From contig JBMNMW010000004.1 in NCBI GenBank assembly GCA_050953525.1, forward strand, positions 1,539 to 65,538: a stretch of DNA of 64,000 nucleotides, read 5' to 3'. Under the pieces are notes generated by a model. That model did no database searches and was not told the DNA's origin. It saw nothing but the letters and a program-made list of their open reading frames with translations. The stretch's first letter is position 1, and each line of letters starts with the position of its first letter. The stretch comes from Candidatus Brevefilum sp. GTDB taxonomy: Bacteria > Chloroflexota > Anaerolineae > Anaerolineales > Anaerolineaceae. Below are positions 1 to 9,172 of the stretch, piece after piece. The translations under genes and the position numbers were made by a program.

Positions 1-5
1 GACGG

Positions 6-91
6 GGGACATAAGCTACCTCGACAGGAATACTGAGTATTGATTTGATCCTGACCTGGTAACCCAAGATATTGCGGAAGGCTACTGTCCC
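6..91 (-). ncRNA. SRP (4.5S/ffs)-like RNA hairpin, apparently lacking the apical part of helix 8
   Basis: The minus strand folds into one long hairpin (GGGACA...UGUCCC). It contains CCGCAA and UUACCAGGUCAGG, as in E. coli 4.5S RNA, but the conserved GNRA loop and AGCAG strand are absent. It starts 5 nt after tRNA-Gly. Confidence 0.5.
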
Positions 92-96
92 AATAA

Positions 97-168
97 AGCG
101 GGCGATGGGATTCGAACCCACGAGTGGTAGCTTGGGAAGCTACTGCCTTACCACTTGGCGACGCCCGC
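97..168 (-). tRNA. tRNA-Gly (anticodon CCC), CCA not encoded
   Basis: Reverse complement is GCGGGCGTCGCCAAGTGGTAAGGCAGTAGCTTCCCAAGCTACCACTCGTGGGTTCGAATCCCATCGCCCGCT: 7-bp acceptor stem, GTAGC/GCTAC anticodon stem around TTCCCAA, GGTTCGAATCC T-arm, U73 discriminator. Confidence 0.97.
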
Positions 169-182
169 ATTTACAATTTTCT

Positions 183-210
183 ATTTTACCGCGAACCCTT
201 CTTTTTGCAA
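183..210 (-). promoter_or_regulatory. sigma70-type promoter for tRNA-Gly
   Basis: Minus-strand TTGCAA-16 bp-TAAAAT, 14 nt upstream of the tRNA 5' end. Confidence 0.65.
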
Positions 211-358
211 ATACCGCAAACTCGTGTGGGGAGGTGAAATTTTAGAATCACATGAATTTATTCCAGCTCAAACACTTACCTGAGAGTGGACGATAAAGAA
301 AAAAGCTCTCAATTATTTTTCCAAAATGTATGTATTATAAGAATATCTCTTAAAATAG

Positions 359-387
359 TTGACAAATTAGGTAACATTAGGTATATA
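359..387 (+). promoter_or_regulatory. sigma70-type promoter for the OsmC-family gene
   Basis: TTGACA-17 bp-TATATA, about 50 nt upstream of an AGGAG RBS and ATG. Confidence 0.7.
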
Positions 388-392
388 TTAAC

Positions 393-410
393 TTGTGAAA
401 ATTTACACAA
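393..410. promoter_or_regulatory. Rex-like operator (TTGTGAA-N4-TTCACAA, one mismatch)
   Basis: TTGTGAAAATTTACACAA overlaps the predicted transcription start. Confidence 0.6.
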
Positions 411-437
411 TATATGTTCTCTACATAAGGAGTAATA

Positions 438-881
438 ATGGCAATTACAACATTCAAAGCTGAAAGTCGATGGGCAGGTGGGTTGCAAGTTGATAATACT
501 GCACGAGATTTTTCAATTCGCATTGATGAACCGGTCAACATCGGGGGTGCAGACACAGGGATGACGCCAATGGAAGCTCAGTTGACAGCATTCGGGTCAT
601 GTTTAACGATTGTTGCAGCTGCTTTTGCAAAGGATCATCAAATCGATCTTCAGGAATTTTGGCTTGAGTTAGAAGGCGATATTGACACGGATGGTTTTTT
701 CTTTGGAAAACCCGGTGTCAGAAATGGATTTCAAGAGATACGGGTTATTCCGCATCTTAAAACTTCTTCTTCGAATGAAGACGTGGATAAATTCATGGAA
801 TTTATTGAGTCCAGATGCCCTGTATCAGACAACCTTTCAAACGATACAAAGATTTCTCGGGCTAAGCCTGTCTATCTCTAA
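438..881 (+). CDS. OsmC/Ohr/YhfA-family protein
   Basis: 147 aa with IDEP..GG.DTG.TP.E...AFGSC and a second Cys in ESRCPVSDNL; AGGAG RBS. Confidence 0.9.
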   Translation: MAITTFKAESRWAGGLQVDNTARDFSIRIDEPVNIGGADTGMTPMEAQLTAFGSCLTIVAAAFAKDHQIDLQEFWLELEGDIDTDGFFFGKPGVRNGFQEIRVIPHLKTSSSNEDVDKFMEFIESRCPVSDNLSNDTKISRAKPVYL

Positions 882-903
882 CTCGGATTCCATTACAAAA
901 GCG

Positions 904-934
904 AAGAGCTGTGTTCACAACACAGCTCTTTTGC
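904..934 (+). terminator. Intrinsic terminator after the OsmC gene
   Basis: 12-bp perfect stem AAGAGCTGTGTT-cac-AACACAGCTCTT running into a T tract. Confidence 0.8.
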
Positions 935-1077
935 TATCTATGATTTAAAAAACAGAAAACAAGCCCAATAAAAACTGGAACAATTACTCTTATGTTAGAA
1001 TTCAAACTGGAAATAGATACTGTTGGCGGATAAAAAATTGATGAACAGTTGATCAGAGCATGGAAAGGATAGCGGCA

Positions 1078-1968
1078 ATGTCATTAAAAATTGGATATAT
1101 CGGTTTGGGGCTGATGGGAAAACCAATGGCGAGGAATATTCTCAAAGCGGGTTTTGAAGTTGTGGTTCACAACCGCAGTCAACAAAGCGTGCAGGAATTG
1201 GTAGTTGAAGGGGCAATTGCTGCTCATTCACCCGCCGAAGTGGCAAAACAGGTCGATGTGGTTTTTACAAATCTGCCGGATTCGCCTGATGTGGAACAGG
1301 TCGCGCTCGGTGAGGATGGGATCATCGAGGGGGCTCACGAAGGTTTGATTTATATTGACAATTCCACAATTAAACCGCTTACTGCCCGTTTGGTCGGGAA
1401 ACAGCTGGCAGATGCAGGGATCACCATGCTGGATGCACCGGTCAGTGGGGGCGATGTGGGCGCCATCCAGGGCACACTGTCGATCATGGTGGGGGGCCCA
1501 GAGGATGCATTGAAAAAAGTGATGCCTGTCCTGGAGGCTATTGGAAAGACGATCACTCATGTTGGTAACCTGGGGGACGGACAAATTGCCAAGGCAGCCA
1601 ACCAGATCATGGTCGCCGCCCAGATGGTGGCGCTGGGTGAACTGCTGATACTGGCGCAAAAATCAGGCGCGGATCCCCGTAAGATTGTTCGGGCGATCAA
1701 AGGCGGTGCAGCCAGCTGCTGGACTCTTGACAACAAACCTCAGCGGCTGTTTGAGGGAAACAGGCAGCCAGGGTTTAAAGCCTATATGCAGGCAAAGGAT
1801 CTGGGAATTGTGATGGATACAGCACGCGAATACGGCGTTTCTCTGCCAACAACGGCTGTCAATACGCAATTGTTCAATGCAATGCTTGAAATGGGAATGC
1901 GCGAACTCGACAATTCCGCAGTACTGGGTGTGATTGAAAGGCTGTCAGGCGTTGAACTAGAGCTGTGA
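1078..1968 (+). CDS. garR: 2-hydroxy-3-oxopropionate reductase / 3-hydroxyisobutyrate dehydrogenase family NAD(P)-dependent oxidoreductase
   Basis: GYIGLGLMG Rossmann motif, LDAPVSGGDVGA, catalytic Lys in GQIAKAANQ. The start was moved to the ATG at 1078, which has an RBS. Family is certain; exact substrate is not. Confidence 0.75.
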   Translation: MSLKIGYIGLGLMGKPMARNILKAGFEVVVHNRSQQSVQELVVEGAIAAHSPAEVAKQVDVVFTNLPDSPDVEQVALGEDGIIEGAHEGLIYIDNSTIKPLTARLVGKQLADAGITMLDAPVSGGDVGAIQGTLSIMVGGPEDALKKVMPVLEAIGKTITHVGNLGDGQIAKAANQIMVAAQMVALGELLILAQKSGADPRKIVRAIKGGAASCWTLDNKPQRLFEGNRQPGFKAYMQAKDLGIVMDTAREYGVSLPTTAVNTQLFNAMLEMGMRELDNSAVLGVIERLSGVELEL

Positions 1969-2003
1969 TGGTTTTTTGCCTGTTTTGAGGGAGGTGAGGA
2001 AAA

Positions 2004-3809
2004 TCACAATTCTCGTTCTTGCGTCGCAGACGATGCTTCGGGATTATTCAGATAGAACTGCTTGCGTGTTTCAATTTGTGCAGAACGTTCTGAGTAAGAT
2101 CTCGCTTCGCGAACACACTTTGGAATCCGTGTATAGGTGAGGTTTGGTGAATAGTAGGGGTCATCTTCGAGCAGGTAAGGTGTAAATTCCTGGTAGCCTT
2201 TCAGGGTATCATCCACAGGCGTGAGATATCCTCTGGTTTGCCCTTCGTAATGATAGAGCCTGGCAAAGGGCGTAACCATGTTACGAAATCCCAGTTCAAA
2301 AATCCTTCTGCAAAAATCTATGTCACCGAAAGCGATTCGGTAATCGGGATTGTAACCACCAACCCGATCAAAGACCTCGCGCCGCATCATCTGGCAGGCG
2401 CCGGTGATTGCGATCACATTCCGATACCAATCTGACGAGCCCCAAAGCCCATGATAATGCTCTGGAGCATTCAAATAAATATGGCCGACGAAGCCCACCA
2501 ATCCCATGACAATGCCCATATGCTGGATAACATGGTTTTTGCGGATCAGTTTGGCGCCCACCACGCCGATCTCCGGAAGCATTGCCCACCGGGAAAGTTC
2601 CGAGAGCCAGCCGGGTGAAGCCACTTGCATGTCATCATTTAATAAGAGAATCAGCTCGTGGTTCGAATGGTGAACCCCCAGGTTGATCGCCTCTGAATAA
2701 TTAAAGGGCTTTGCATAGTTTATGATGTGCAGGTAGGATTCTTTTTCCAGTTCCCGGTAATAATTCAGAACTTTTTCGTCATCGCTAGCGTTATCGACAA
2801 GGATGATCTCATATTCCTGATCATAATCCTGTGACTGAATGGAGGTAAGAAGCGCTTTTAGCATCCTGTAATGATTCTTTGTCAGGATGATGATCGAAAC
2901 GGGCACCCTGGGAGCTGGCCATTGAAGTTGGGTGCTGTGTTCATGTTCAATGGTCGTCAGGTCGTGAATCCCCAAATGTTGAAACCGATCCTTCAAAACA
3001 TCCATGCTTGGTTCGTGATTTAAAGGGAGAGACCAATCCTTTTGAAATAATAATTGATAGGGCAAATGTCGATATTTCCCGTTGTTTTCGCATAGATTTG
3101 TCAGGATGCTGTACTCTTGAGATGGTAAATCAACATGGGATGCGATGTCCCGGGTAGTAGACCTTACCGCGTCCACCTTGATCACCGCACGAGAAAGATA
3201 ATTAACTGAAATCATCAATTCCGGTGCATAGACTGCAGGCTTAAATAATGGTTTTCGTGAACCCAAGTTCCCTTGCTTGATTTCACAATCATAGTAAATC
3301 AGATCTGGCTCTTCGCCTTCAGCAATAACTTCATAAAACTTTCCAAGCAGCGAAGTTGAAAAAACGTCACCGGATTTACAAAACACAAGGTATTCACCGC
3401 TTATTCCATCCAAAAGGTTAGCAGGTTGATCCACGGTTTTTATCCGGGGATCAGGTTCAGCATCGACGTTCCTGTGACTTTCGGGCGCGATGATCAAGAT
3501 TTCCCAGTTTTCAGTATTTTGCGCCAGGATTGAATCAAGGGTCTGTTGCAACTGGGTTGGGCTTTCCTGTGAATAATCGATCAGGAAGGAGATGAGAGGC
3601 TGCCTGGAAGATGTATGGGTTACTGGAGGAATCTGTTTTTTCTGCAACGTTTTCCACCGCCGATAGGAAGTTTGCACCATCTTCTCCTGCACCCAAAAAA
3701 AAGCTTTTGATGCAGCCGCGCGGTGATACAGCGTACGGACAAAAAGCTCCAATCTTGATTCAGGTGAGAAGAGAGTTGATCTAATTTTGTGTAAGAATTG
3801 GGTGCTCAT
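2004..3809 (-). CDS. Two-domain GT2 glycosyltransferase (rhamnosyltransferase-like); N-terminal domain degenerate
   Basis: The C-terminal GT2 has IIILTK, LVDNAS, PFNYSEAIN, LLLNDD, GACQM, DIDFC and LYHYEG. It is paralogous to the ORFs at 34456 and 37974. Confidence 0.9.
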   Translation of the reverse strand: MSTQFLHKIRSTLFSPESRLELFVRTLYHRAAASKAFFWVQEKMVQTSYRRWKTLQKKQIPPVTHTSSRQPLISFLIDYSQESPTQLQQTLDSILAQNTENWEILIIAPESHRNVDAEPDPRIKTVDQPANLLDGISGEYLVFCKSGDVFSTSLLGKFYEVIAEGEEPDLIYYDCEIKQGNLGSRKPLFKPAVYAPELMISVNYLSRAVIKVDAVRSTTRDIASHVDLPSQEYSILTNLCENNGKYRHLPYQLLFQKDWSLPLNHEPSMDVLKDRFQHLGIHDLTTIEHEHSTQLQWPAPRVPVSIIILTKNHYRMLKALLTSIQSQDYDQEYEIILVDNASDDEKVLNYYRELEKESYLHIINYAKPFNYSEAINLGVHHSNHELILLLNDDMQVASPGWLSELSRWAMLPEIGVVGAKLIRKNHVIQHMGIVMGLVGFVGHIYLNAPEHYHGLWGSSDWYRNVIAITGACQMMRREVFDRVGGYNPDYRIAFGDIDFCRRIFELGFRNMVTPFARLYHYEGQTRGYLTPVDDTLKGYQEFTPYLLEDDPYYSPNLTYTRIPKCVREARSYSERSAQIETRKQFYLNNPEASSATQEREL

Positions 3810-4069
3810 CAGCGGTAGTCGAGTTTTTGTGGATAATCCAGTTTACATAAATGGAAGTATGATTCAATAACAAAAAAAATCTTTCTGAACAATGAGGATT
3901 TTACCATAGTCTTGTGTCTGCTTTCTTCGCATCGAGAAATGAGACCTCTATGGATTAATAATGATTGAACTGGATAAAATCTGGTAAAATTGACAGGGTT
4001 GAAATCGGGTTTCTGAAGGATTAATCAATAGAAGATTGTTTTCAACTCTGATTTCCAAAGGTGCTAAAT

Positions 4070-4708
4070 ATGACCATTGATTATTATGTTCACCCATCAT
4101 CCGTAGTATCGTCCGGCGCCAGGATCGGCGAGGGAACAAAGATCTGGCAAAACTCACAGGTTCGGGAAGATGTTGTGATTGGGTCTCACTGTATTATCAG
4201 CATGGGTGTTTACATCGATGCAGGTGTGCAGATCGGTTCAAATGTCAAAATCCAAAATGGGATCTCGATCTATCACGGGGTTACCCTGGAAGATGGCGTT
4301 TTTTGCGGTCCGCATTGCGTTTTTACCAATGACAAATTGCCGCGTGCGATCAATCCAGATGGCTCTCTCAAAGGTGGTGAGGATTGGGCTGTCAGTGAAA
4401 CGCTTGTGCGGCGCGGTGCTTCGATCGGTGCAAACGCAACGATTGTGTGTGGCGTTGAAATTGGCGAATGGGCGATGGTCGCAGCCGGCGCGGTTGTTAC
4501 AAAAAATGTCCCTGATCATGGATTGGTCGTCGGAAACCCCGCCAGACTTTTTGGATTTGTGTGTTATTGTGGGCATAAGCTGACATTGGCAGGGGAGGGT
4601 CAAAATGGCCTGGAAGAAGGGTTTGCTGTCTCTTTCGTACGTATGGCTTGTCCGGTTTGTGGGTCAGTGATTGCAATCCCCAAAAGTATTTATCAAAAAA
4701 TTAAATGA
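4070..4708 (+). CDS. wbpD: Hexapeptide-repeat N-acetyltransferase, WbpD/WlbB-like, with C-terminal Cys-rich (zinc-ribbon-like) tail
   Basis: Left-handed beta-helix repeats, [32 protein letters not shown], tail CYCG...CPVC. Adjacent to wbpE/B/A-like genes. Confidence 0.75.
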   Translation: MTIDYYVHPSSVVSSGARIGEGTKIWQNSQVREDVVIGSHCIISMGVYIDAGVQIGSNVKIQNGISIYHGVTLEDGVFCGPHCVFTNDKLPRAINPDGSLKGGEDWAVSETLVRRGASIGANATIVCGVEIGEWAMVAAGAVVTKNVPDHGLVVGNPARLFGFVCYCGHKLTLAGEGQNGLEEGFAVSFVRMACPVCGSVIAIPKSIYQKIK

Positions 4709-4736
4709 AAGACAATAAAAATTAGGAGAAAAAATA

Positions 4737-5807
4737 ATGATCCCGATAGCAAAACCCTTTATTGGTGAAAGAGAAAAACAGCTTGTCATGGAAGTGCTTG
4801 ATTCAGGCATGCTGGTTCAGGGACCCAGGGTGGAAACATTGGAAAAAATGTTTGCTGAATTGTGCGAAGTTAAGCATGCCATTGCCACAACATCTGGCAC
4901 AACCGCGCTTCATATTGCGCTCCTTGCAAACGGTATTGGCGAAGGCGACGAGGTGATCACAACGCCCTTCACCTTTATTGCTTCAGCAAACAGCATCCTT
5001 TACGCTGGCGCGACACCTGTTTTTGTTGATATTGACGAGGAAACCTTCAATATCGACCCCAACTTGATTGAAGCAGCCATCACTCCTAAAACAAAAGCGA
5101 TTCTACCGGTACACCTTTACGGCTATGTTTGCAATATGGATGCAATTATGGATATTGCCAGACGACATAACCTAGTTGTGATCGAAGATGCCTGTCAGGC
5201 TGTTGACGCATCCTTCAAAGGGAAAAAAGCAGGATCTTTTGGGACCGGTGTCTTTTCTCTCTATGCCACCAAGAATGTGATGTCCGGTGAAGGGGGTATG
5301 ATCACAACCGATGATGATGATATTGCAGATTTATGCCGGCTCATTCGCAGCCACGGCATGAGGGTACGCTATTATCATGATATGCTGGGTTACAACTTCA
5401 GGTTGAGCGACCTGCACGCAGCCATTGGGATCGGTCAGATGGAGCGGATTGATGAGTTGAACCGAATTCGAAGAGCGAATGCGCAGTATTTTAATGAACA
5501 TCTCACATCTGTGATCACACCCAAAGTGAAACCTGAATATGATCATGTATGGCATCAATATACAATTCGCGTGGATGGCGGGCGAGACCGTGATGCGGCC
5601 GTCAAACAGCTGAATGACGCGGGCGTTGGCACCGGGATTTTCTATCCGGTTCCCGCTCATATGCAGGGCTACATGAAGGATTTGGTTGGTGACTACAGCA
5701 TGCCAGTTTCTGAAAAGCTGGCGAAAGAAGTAATTTCTATCCCGGTTCATCCTCAGGTGAGCCAGGCCGATCTTGAAAAGATTGTAGAAGAGGTCAACAA
5801 ACTATGA
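4737..5807 (+). CDS. wbpE: DegT/DnrJ/EryC1/StrS PLP aminotransferase, WbpE-like
   Basis: SGTTALH, VIEDACQA, FSLYATKNVMSGEGG (PLP lysine), GYNFRL. Confidence 0.75.
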   Translation: MIPIAKPFIGEREKQLVMEVLDSGMLVQGPRVETLEKMFAELCEVKHAIATTSGTTALHIALLANGIGEGDEVITTPFTFIASANSILYAGATPVFVDIDEETFNIDPNLIEAAITPKTKAILPVHLYGYVCNMDAIMDIARRHNLVVIEDACQAVDASFKGKKAGSFGTGVFSLYATKNVMSGEGGMITTDDDDIADLCRLIRSHGMRVRYYHDMLGYNFRLSDLHAAIGIGQMERIDELNRIRRANAQYFNEHLTSVITPKVKPEYDHVWHQYTIRVDGGRDRDAAVKQLNDAGVGTGIFYPVPAHMQGYMKDLVGDYSMPVSEKLAKEVISIPVHPQVSQADLEKIVEEVNKL

Positions 5808-6802
5808 GTATTCGAACAGCCGTCATTGGTGTTGGTTCGATGGGGGTCAACCATGCCCGCATCAATTGGGAATTGCCCCACGTGGACCTGGTGGGCGTGG
5901 CTGATTTCAATGAAGAAACAGCTCAGCGTGTGGCGATGAAGTACGGTGCAAAAGCCTATGTAAACCATGAAGATTTGCTGGATGAAATCAAACCTGATGC
6001 GGTTACTCTGGCAGTTCCGACGATTTATCATCATAAAATTGCGCTGGATGTGATCGAACGCGGTATTCCGCTCCTTATTGAAAAACCGATCGCTTTCACG
6101 ATTGAAGAAGGCAAGGATATTATTGCTGCTGCAAAGCGGAAGAATGTGAAGTTAATGATCGGGCACATTGAAAGATTTAATCCAGCGATCACAACTTTAA
6201 AACATCTGATTGCTGAGGGCGAATTGGGCAGGATCTTTCAGATGGATGCCCATCGGCAGGGCCCTTTCCCTGCCCGAATCTCTGATGTGGGCGTGGTTGT
6301 CGATCTCGCTGTCCATGATCTGGATGTGATGCGATTCGTGTCTCAGAGCGAGGTGACAAGGGTCTATGCTGAAACTGAGAAACACATCCACAGTAAATAT
6401 GAAGACTTGCTGACAGGACTTGTTCGTTTCGATGATGGAATTGTTGGTACTCTGACGATCAACTGGCTGACCCCAACCAAAATCAGAGAGTTTATCGTCA
6501 CGGGTGAGAGAGGACTTTATCGCTGTGACTATCTGACCCAGGATTTGTTTTTCTATGAAAATCCCGATTCAACAGGCAGTGAATGGGAGAACTTGAGACA
6601 TTTGCGGGGTGTTCGGGAGGGCAAGATGGTTCGGCATGTCGTGGCAAAGAAAGAGCCGCTGCGTGCAGAGCAGGAAGCTTTCATCGATTGTGTCCGGAAT
6701 GACACCCCCGTGCCTGTGAGCGGCGAAGATGGCTTGAAGGTGCTTGAAATTGCTTCACTTATCGTGCAATCCGGAACTGAGCACCGGATCATCGAACTCT
6801 AA
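5804..6802 (+). CDS. wbpB: Gfo/Idh/MocA oxidoreductase, WbpB-like (UDP-GlcNAcA 3-dehydrogenase)
   Basis: VIGVGSMG, LIEKP, GHIERFNPA, DLAVHDLD. ATGA overlap with the aminotransferase. Confidence 0.72.
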   Translation: MSIRTAVIGVGSMGVNHARINWELPHVDLVGVADFNEETAQRVAMKYGAKAYVNHEDLLDEIKPDAVTLAVPTIYHHKIALDVIERGIPLLIEKPIAFTIEEGKDIIAAAKRKNVKLMIGHIERFNPAITTLKHLIAEGELGRIFQMDAHRQGPFPARISDVGVVVDLAVHDLDVMRFVSQSEVTRVYAETEKHIHSKYEDLLTGLVRFDDGIVGTLTINWLTPTKIREFIVTGERGLYRCDYLTQDLFFYENPDSTGSEWENLRHLRGVREGKMVRHVVAKKEPLRAEQEAFIDCVRNDTPVPVSGEDGLKVLEIASLIVQSGTEHRIIEL

Positions 6803-6818
6803 TCCAATCATACATCTT

Positions 6819-8156
6819 ATGACTTATTATCTGGAAACACTTAAAAAATTAATCAGCGAAAAAAGCGCCAATGTTGGTGTCATTGGTTTGGGTTATGTGG
6901 GATTACCGGTCGCCTGTATGCTGGCTGATGCTGGTTTCAGCGTGACAGGACTGGACATTAAACAAGATAGAATTGACAAAATCAATGCCGGGGCTAACCC
7001 CATCGAAGGGAAAGAACCAGGTCTGGCAGAAATTTTATCCCGGGTTGTTCGGAATGGTAAATTGATCGCTACAACGGATTATGATGCTTTGTCCGATGTT
7101 GACATCGTGTTGATCGATGTGGAAACACCGATCGATGAAAATAATATTCCTCAATATCATGCACTCAAAGCCGCATGCAGCAGTTTGGGTGCTGTGATCA
7201 AGGATGGCGCTCTGGTGATTGTCGAATCGACAATTGCACCGGGAACCATGAACTCCGTTGTTCGTCCCTTGCTGGAAAATACAAGCGGGAAAAAATCCAA
7301 CCAGGATTTTTTCCTTGGCGCATGCCCTGAACGGGTGATGCCGGGAAAGTTGCTTACAAATTTGCAAACGATGAGCCGGGTATGCGGCGGGGATACTGCT
7401 GAAGTCTCAGACACACTGATCGCCTTTTACAGACATATCGTGCAGGCTGATCTTGACCCGGCTGATCTAATCACGGCTGAGTTGACCAAGACCGCGGAAA
7501 ATGCCTATCGTGATGTGAACATCGCATTTGCCAACGAATTGGCTTTGATTTGCCAGTCTGTGGGGGCAGATTTTTTGAAGGTGCGAACCCTGGTGAACAA
7601 ATCGCCCGGAAGAAACGTATTGTTTGCTGGCGCCGGAGTAGGTGGGCATTGCATTCCTAAAGACCCATGGTTGCTGGCTTACAGTGCAAAAGACGACGTG
7701 GATTTGCGACTGATCCCCACCGCTCGCTTTGTGAACGACTCAATGCCCGGACATATTGTCACCATGCTTGAGGCTGGCTTGGGAACGTATGGCAAATCTT
7801 TAGAAGAAACAAGGGTTGCTATCCTGGGTTACGCTTATCTTGAAGAGAGTGACGATACTCGCAACAGTCCCAGCGAAGCACTAAGGGTTTTGCTTGATGA
7901 AAAAAATGTTGATGTCGTTATCCAGGACCCCTATGTACCGGAATACCAGCAGCCAATACTTGAGACCATTGATGGTTGTGATGCGATCATCGTGATGGTT
8001 GCGCATCAGGCATATCGGGATTTGGATTTGAACGCGGTCAGCAAACGGTTGCGATCCCCTCTCATTATCGATGGGCGGCGCGTGATTGACCCACAAAAAG
8101 CCTTGGATGCAGGCTTCAGGTACTACGGATTGGGATTGGGCTCAATCCATCAATAG
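6819..8156 (+). CDS. wbpA: UDP-N-acetylhexosamine 6-dehydrogenase (WbpA/WecC family)
   Basis: GVIGLGYVGLP, CPERVMPG, KTAENAYRDVNIAFANE, GVGGHCIPKDP. The start was placed at Met26 of the track ORF. Confidence 0.75.
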   Translation: MTYYLETLKKLISEKSANVGVIGLGYVGLPVACMLADAGFSVTGLDIKQDRIDKINAGANPIEGKEPGLAEILSRVVRNGKLIATTDYDALSDVDIVLIDVETPIDENNIPQYHALKAACSSLGAVIKDGALVIVESTIAPGTMNSVVRPLLENTSGKKSNQDFFLGACPERVMPGKLLTNLQTMSRVCGGDTAEVSDTLIAFYRHIVQADLDPADLITAELTKTAENAYRDVNIAFANELALICQSVGADFLKVRTLVNKSPGRNVLFAGAGVGGHCIPKDPWLLAYSAKDDVDLRLIPTARFVNDSMPGHIVTMLEAGLGTYGKSLEETRVAILGYAYLEESDDTRNSPSEALRVLLDEKNVDVVIQDPYVPEYQQPILETIDGCDAIIVMVAHQAYRDLDLNAVSKRLRSPLIIDGRRVIDPQKALDAGFRYYGLGLGSIHQ

Positions 8157-8174
8157 AGACGAAAAAGGTGAGGG

Positions 8175-9125
8175 ATGTATAAAGACAAAACGGTTGCTGT
8201 TGTTGTCCCGGCTTACAATGAAGGGAAACTGATCAGCAAAGTCATCGAGACGACGCCTGATTATGTTGATTTTCTGGTCATTGTTGATGATCTCAGCACC
8301 GATAATACGGTTGAGGTTGTTGAAGAATATATCAATAAGGGACATGGCAGGATCGTTCTGATTAAATTAGAAGAAAATTCGGGTGTTGGTGGAGCGATTG
8401 CGGAGGGGTATAAATGGTGCCGTGATCATCAAATTCAGGCAACAGCGGTCATGGCTGGCGATGCCCAGATGGACCCCGATGATTTGCCTGCCTTGCTGGA
8501 CCCTATTGTGAATGGTGAGGTGGACTACACCAAGGGGAACCGCCTTTTCACGGGTGAAGCCTGGCGTAAGATTCCCAAAACGCGCTACATGGGCAATGCC
8601 GCGCTGTCTTTGATGACGAAAATTGCCTCAGGCTACTGGCACGTTGCCGATTCGCAGACAGGTTACACCGTGGCAAATCACAAAGTTTTATCAACGCTTG
8701 ATTTGGGTGGGATTTACAAGCGGTATGGGATGCCCAATGATATGCTGGTGAAATTAAACATTTATAACTTTAAAGTGCGCGATGTTGAAATTCAACCGAT
8801 CTACGGAATTGGTGAAAAATCCGGGATCAAACCCTTGCTGGTCATTCCGAAATTTATGTACTTGTTGACGAAGTTATTCTTTTATCGCATGATTCAGAAG
8901 TACATTATCAGAGACTTTCACCCACTGATCTTTTTCTACTCATCGGGGATTGCCTTCTCACTTGCTGGCTGGTTGTTTGGTCTGTACTTGCTTTATATTC
9001 GCCTCAGAGTTGGCCCTGTGGCGGCGACCAGCTCAATTGCAGCGATGTTCCTGATCATTACAGGGCTGCAATCGCTCTTTTTTGCGATGTGGTTTGATAT
9101 GGATTCAAATAAGTATTTAAAATAA
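8175..9125 (+). CDS. GT2, polyprenyl-phosphate sugar synthase (DPM1/ArnC-like) with C-terminal TM helices
   Basis: VVPAYNE, IVDDLSTD, MAGDAQMDP, KGNR and DSQTGY motifs, plus two hydrophobic C-terminal segments. Confidence 0.8.
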   Translation: MYKDKTVAVVVPAYNEGKLISKVIETTPDYVDFLVIVDDLSTDNTVEVVEEYINKGHGRIVLIKLEENSGVGGAIAEGYKWCRDHQIQATAVMAGDAQMDPDDLPALLDPIVNGEVDYTKGNRLFTGEAWRKIPKTRYMGNAALSLMTKIASGYWHVADSQTGYTVANHKVLSTLDLGGIYKRYGMPNDMLVKLNIYNFKVRDVEIQPIYGIGEKSGIKPLLVIPKFMYLLTKLFFYRMIQKYIIRDFHPLIFFYSSGIAFSLAGWLFGLYLLYIRLRVGPVAATSSIAAMFLIITGLQSLFFAMWFDMDSNKYLK

Positions 9126-9172
9126 CGTCTGGTTTATAAAATTTAATGAATCAAGAAATAAGGACTGGTTAA

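Noticed and set aside
1-30. GGGGGAC...TCGACAGG on the + strand resembling a tmRNA 5' end
   Set aside because: No tag ORF or tRNA-like 3' end follows. The segment is better explained as the 3' arm of the minus-strand hairpin.
97-168. tRNA-Gly as the integration site of the glycan locus
   Set aside because: No integrase and no duplicated tRNA 3' end found in the window, and housekeeping-type genes lie between the tRNA and the locus.
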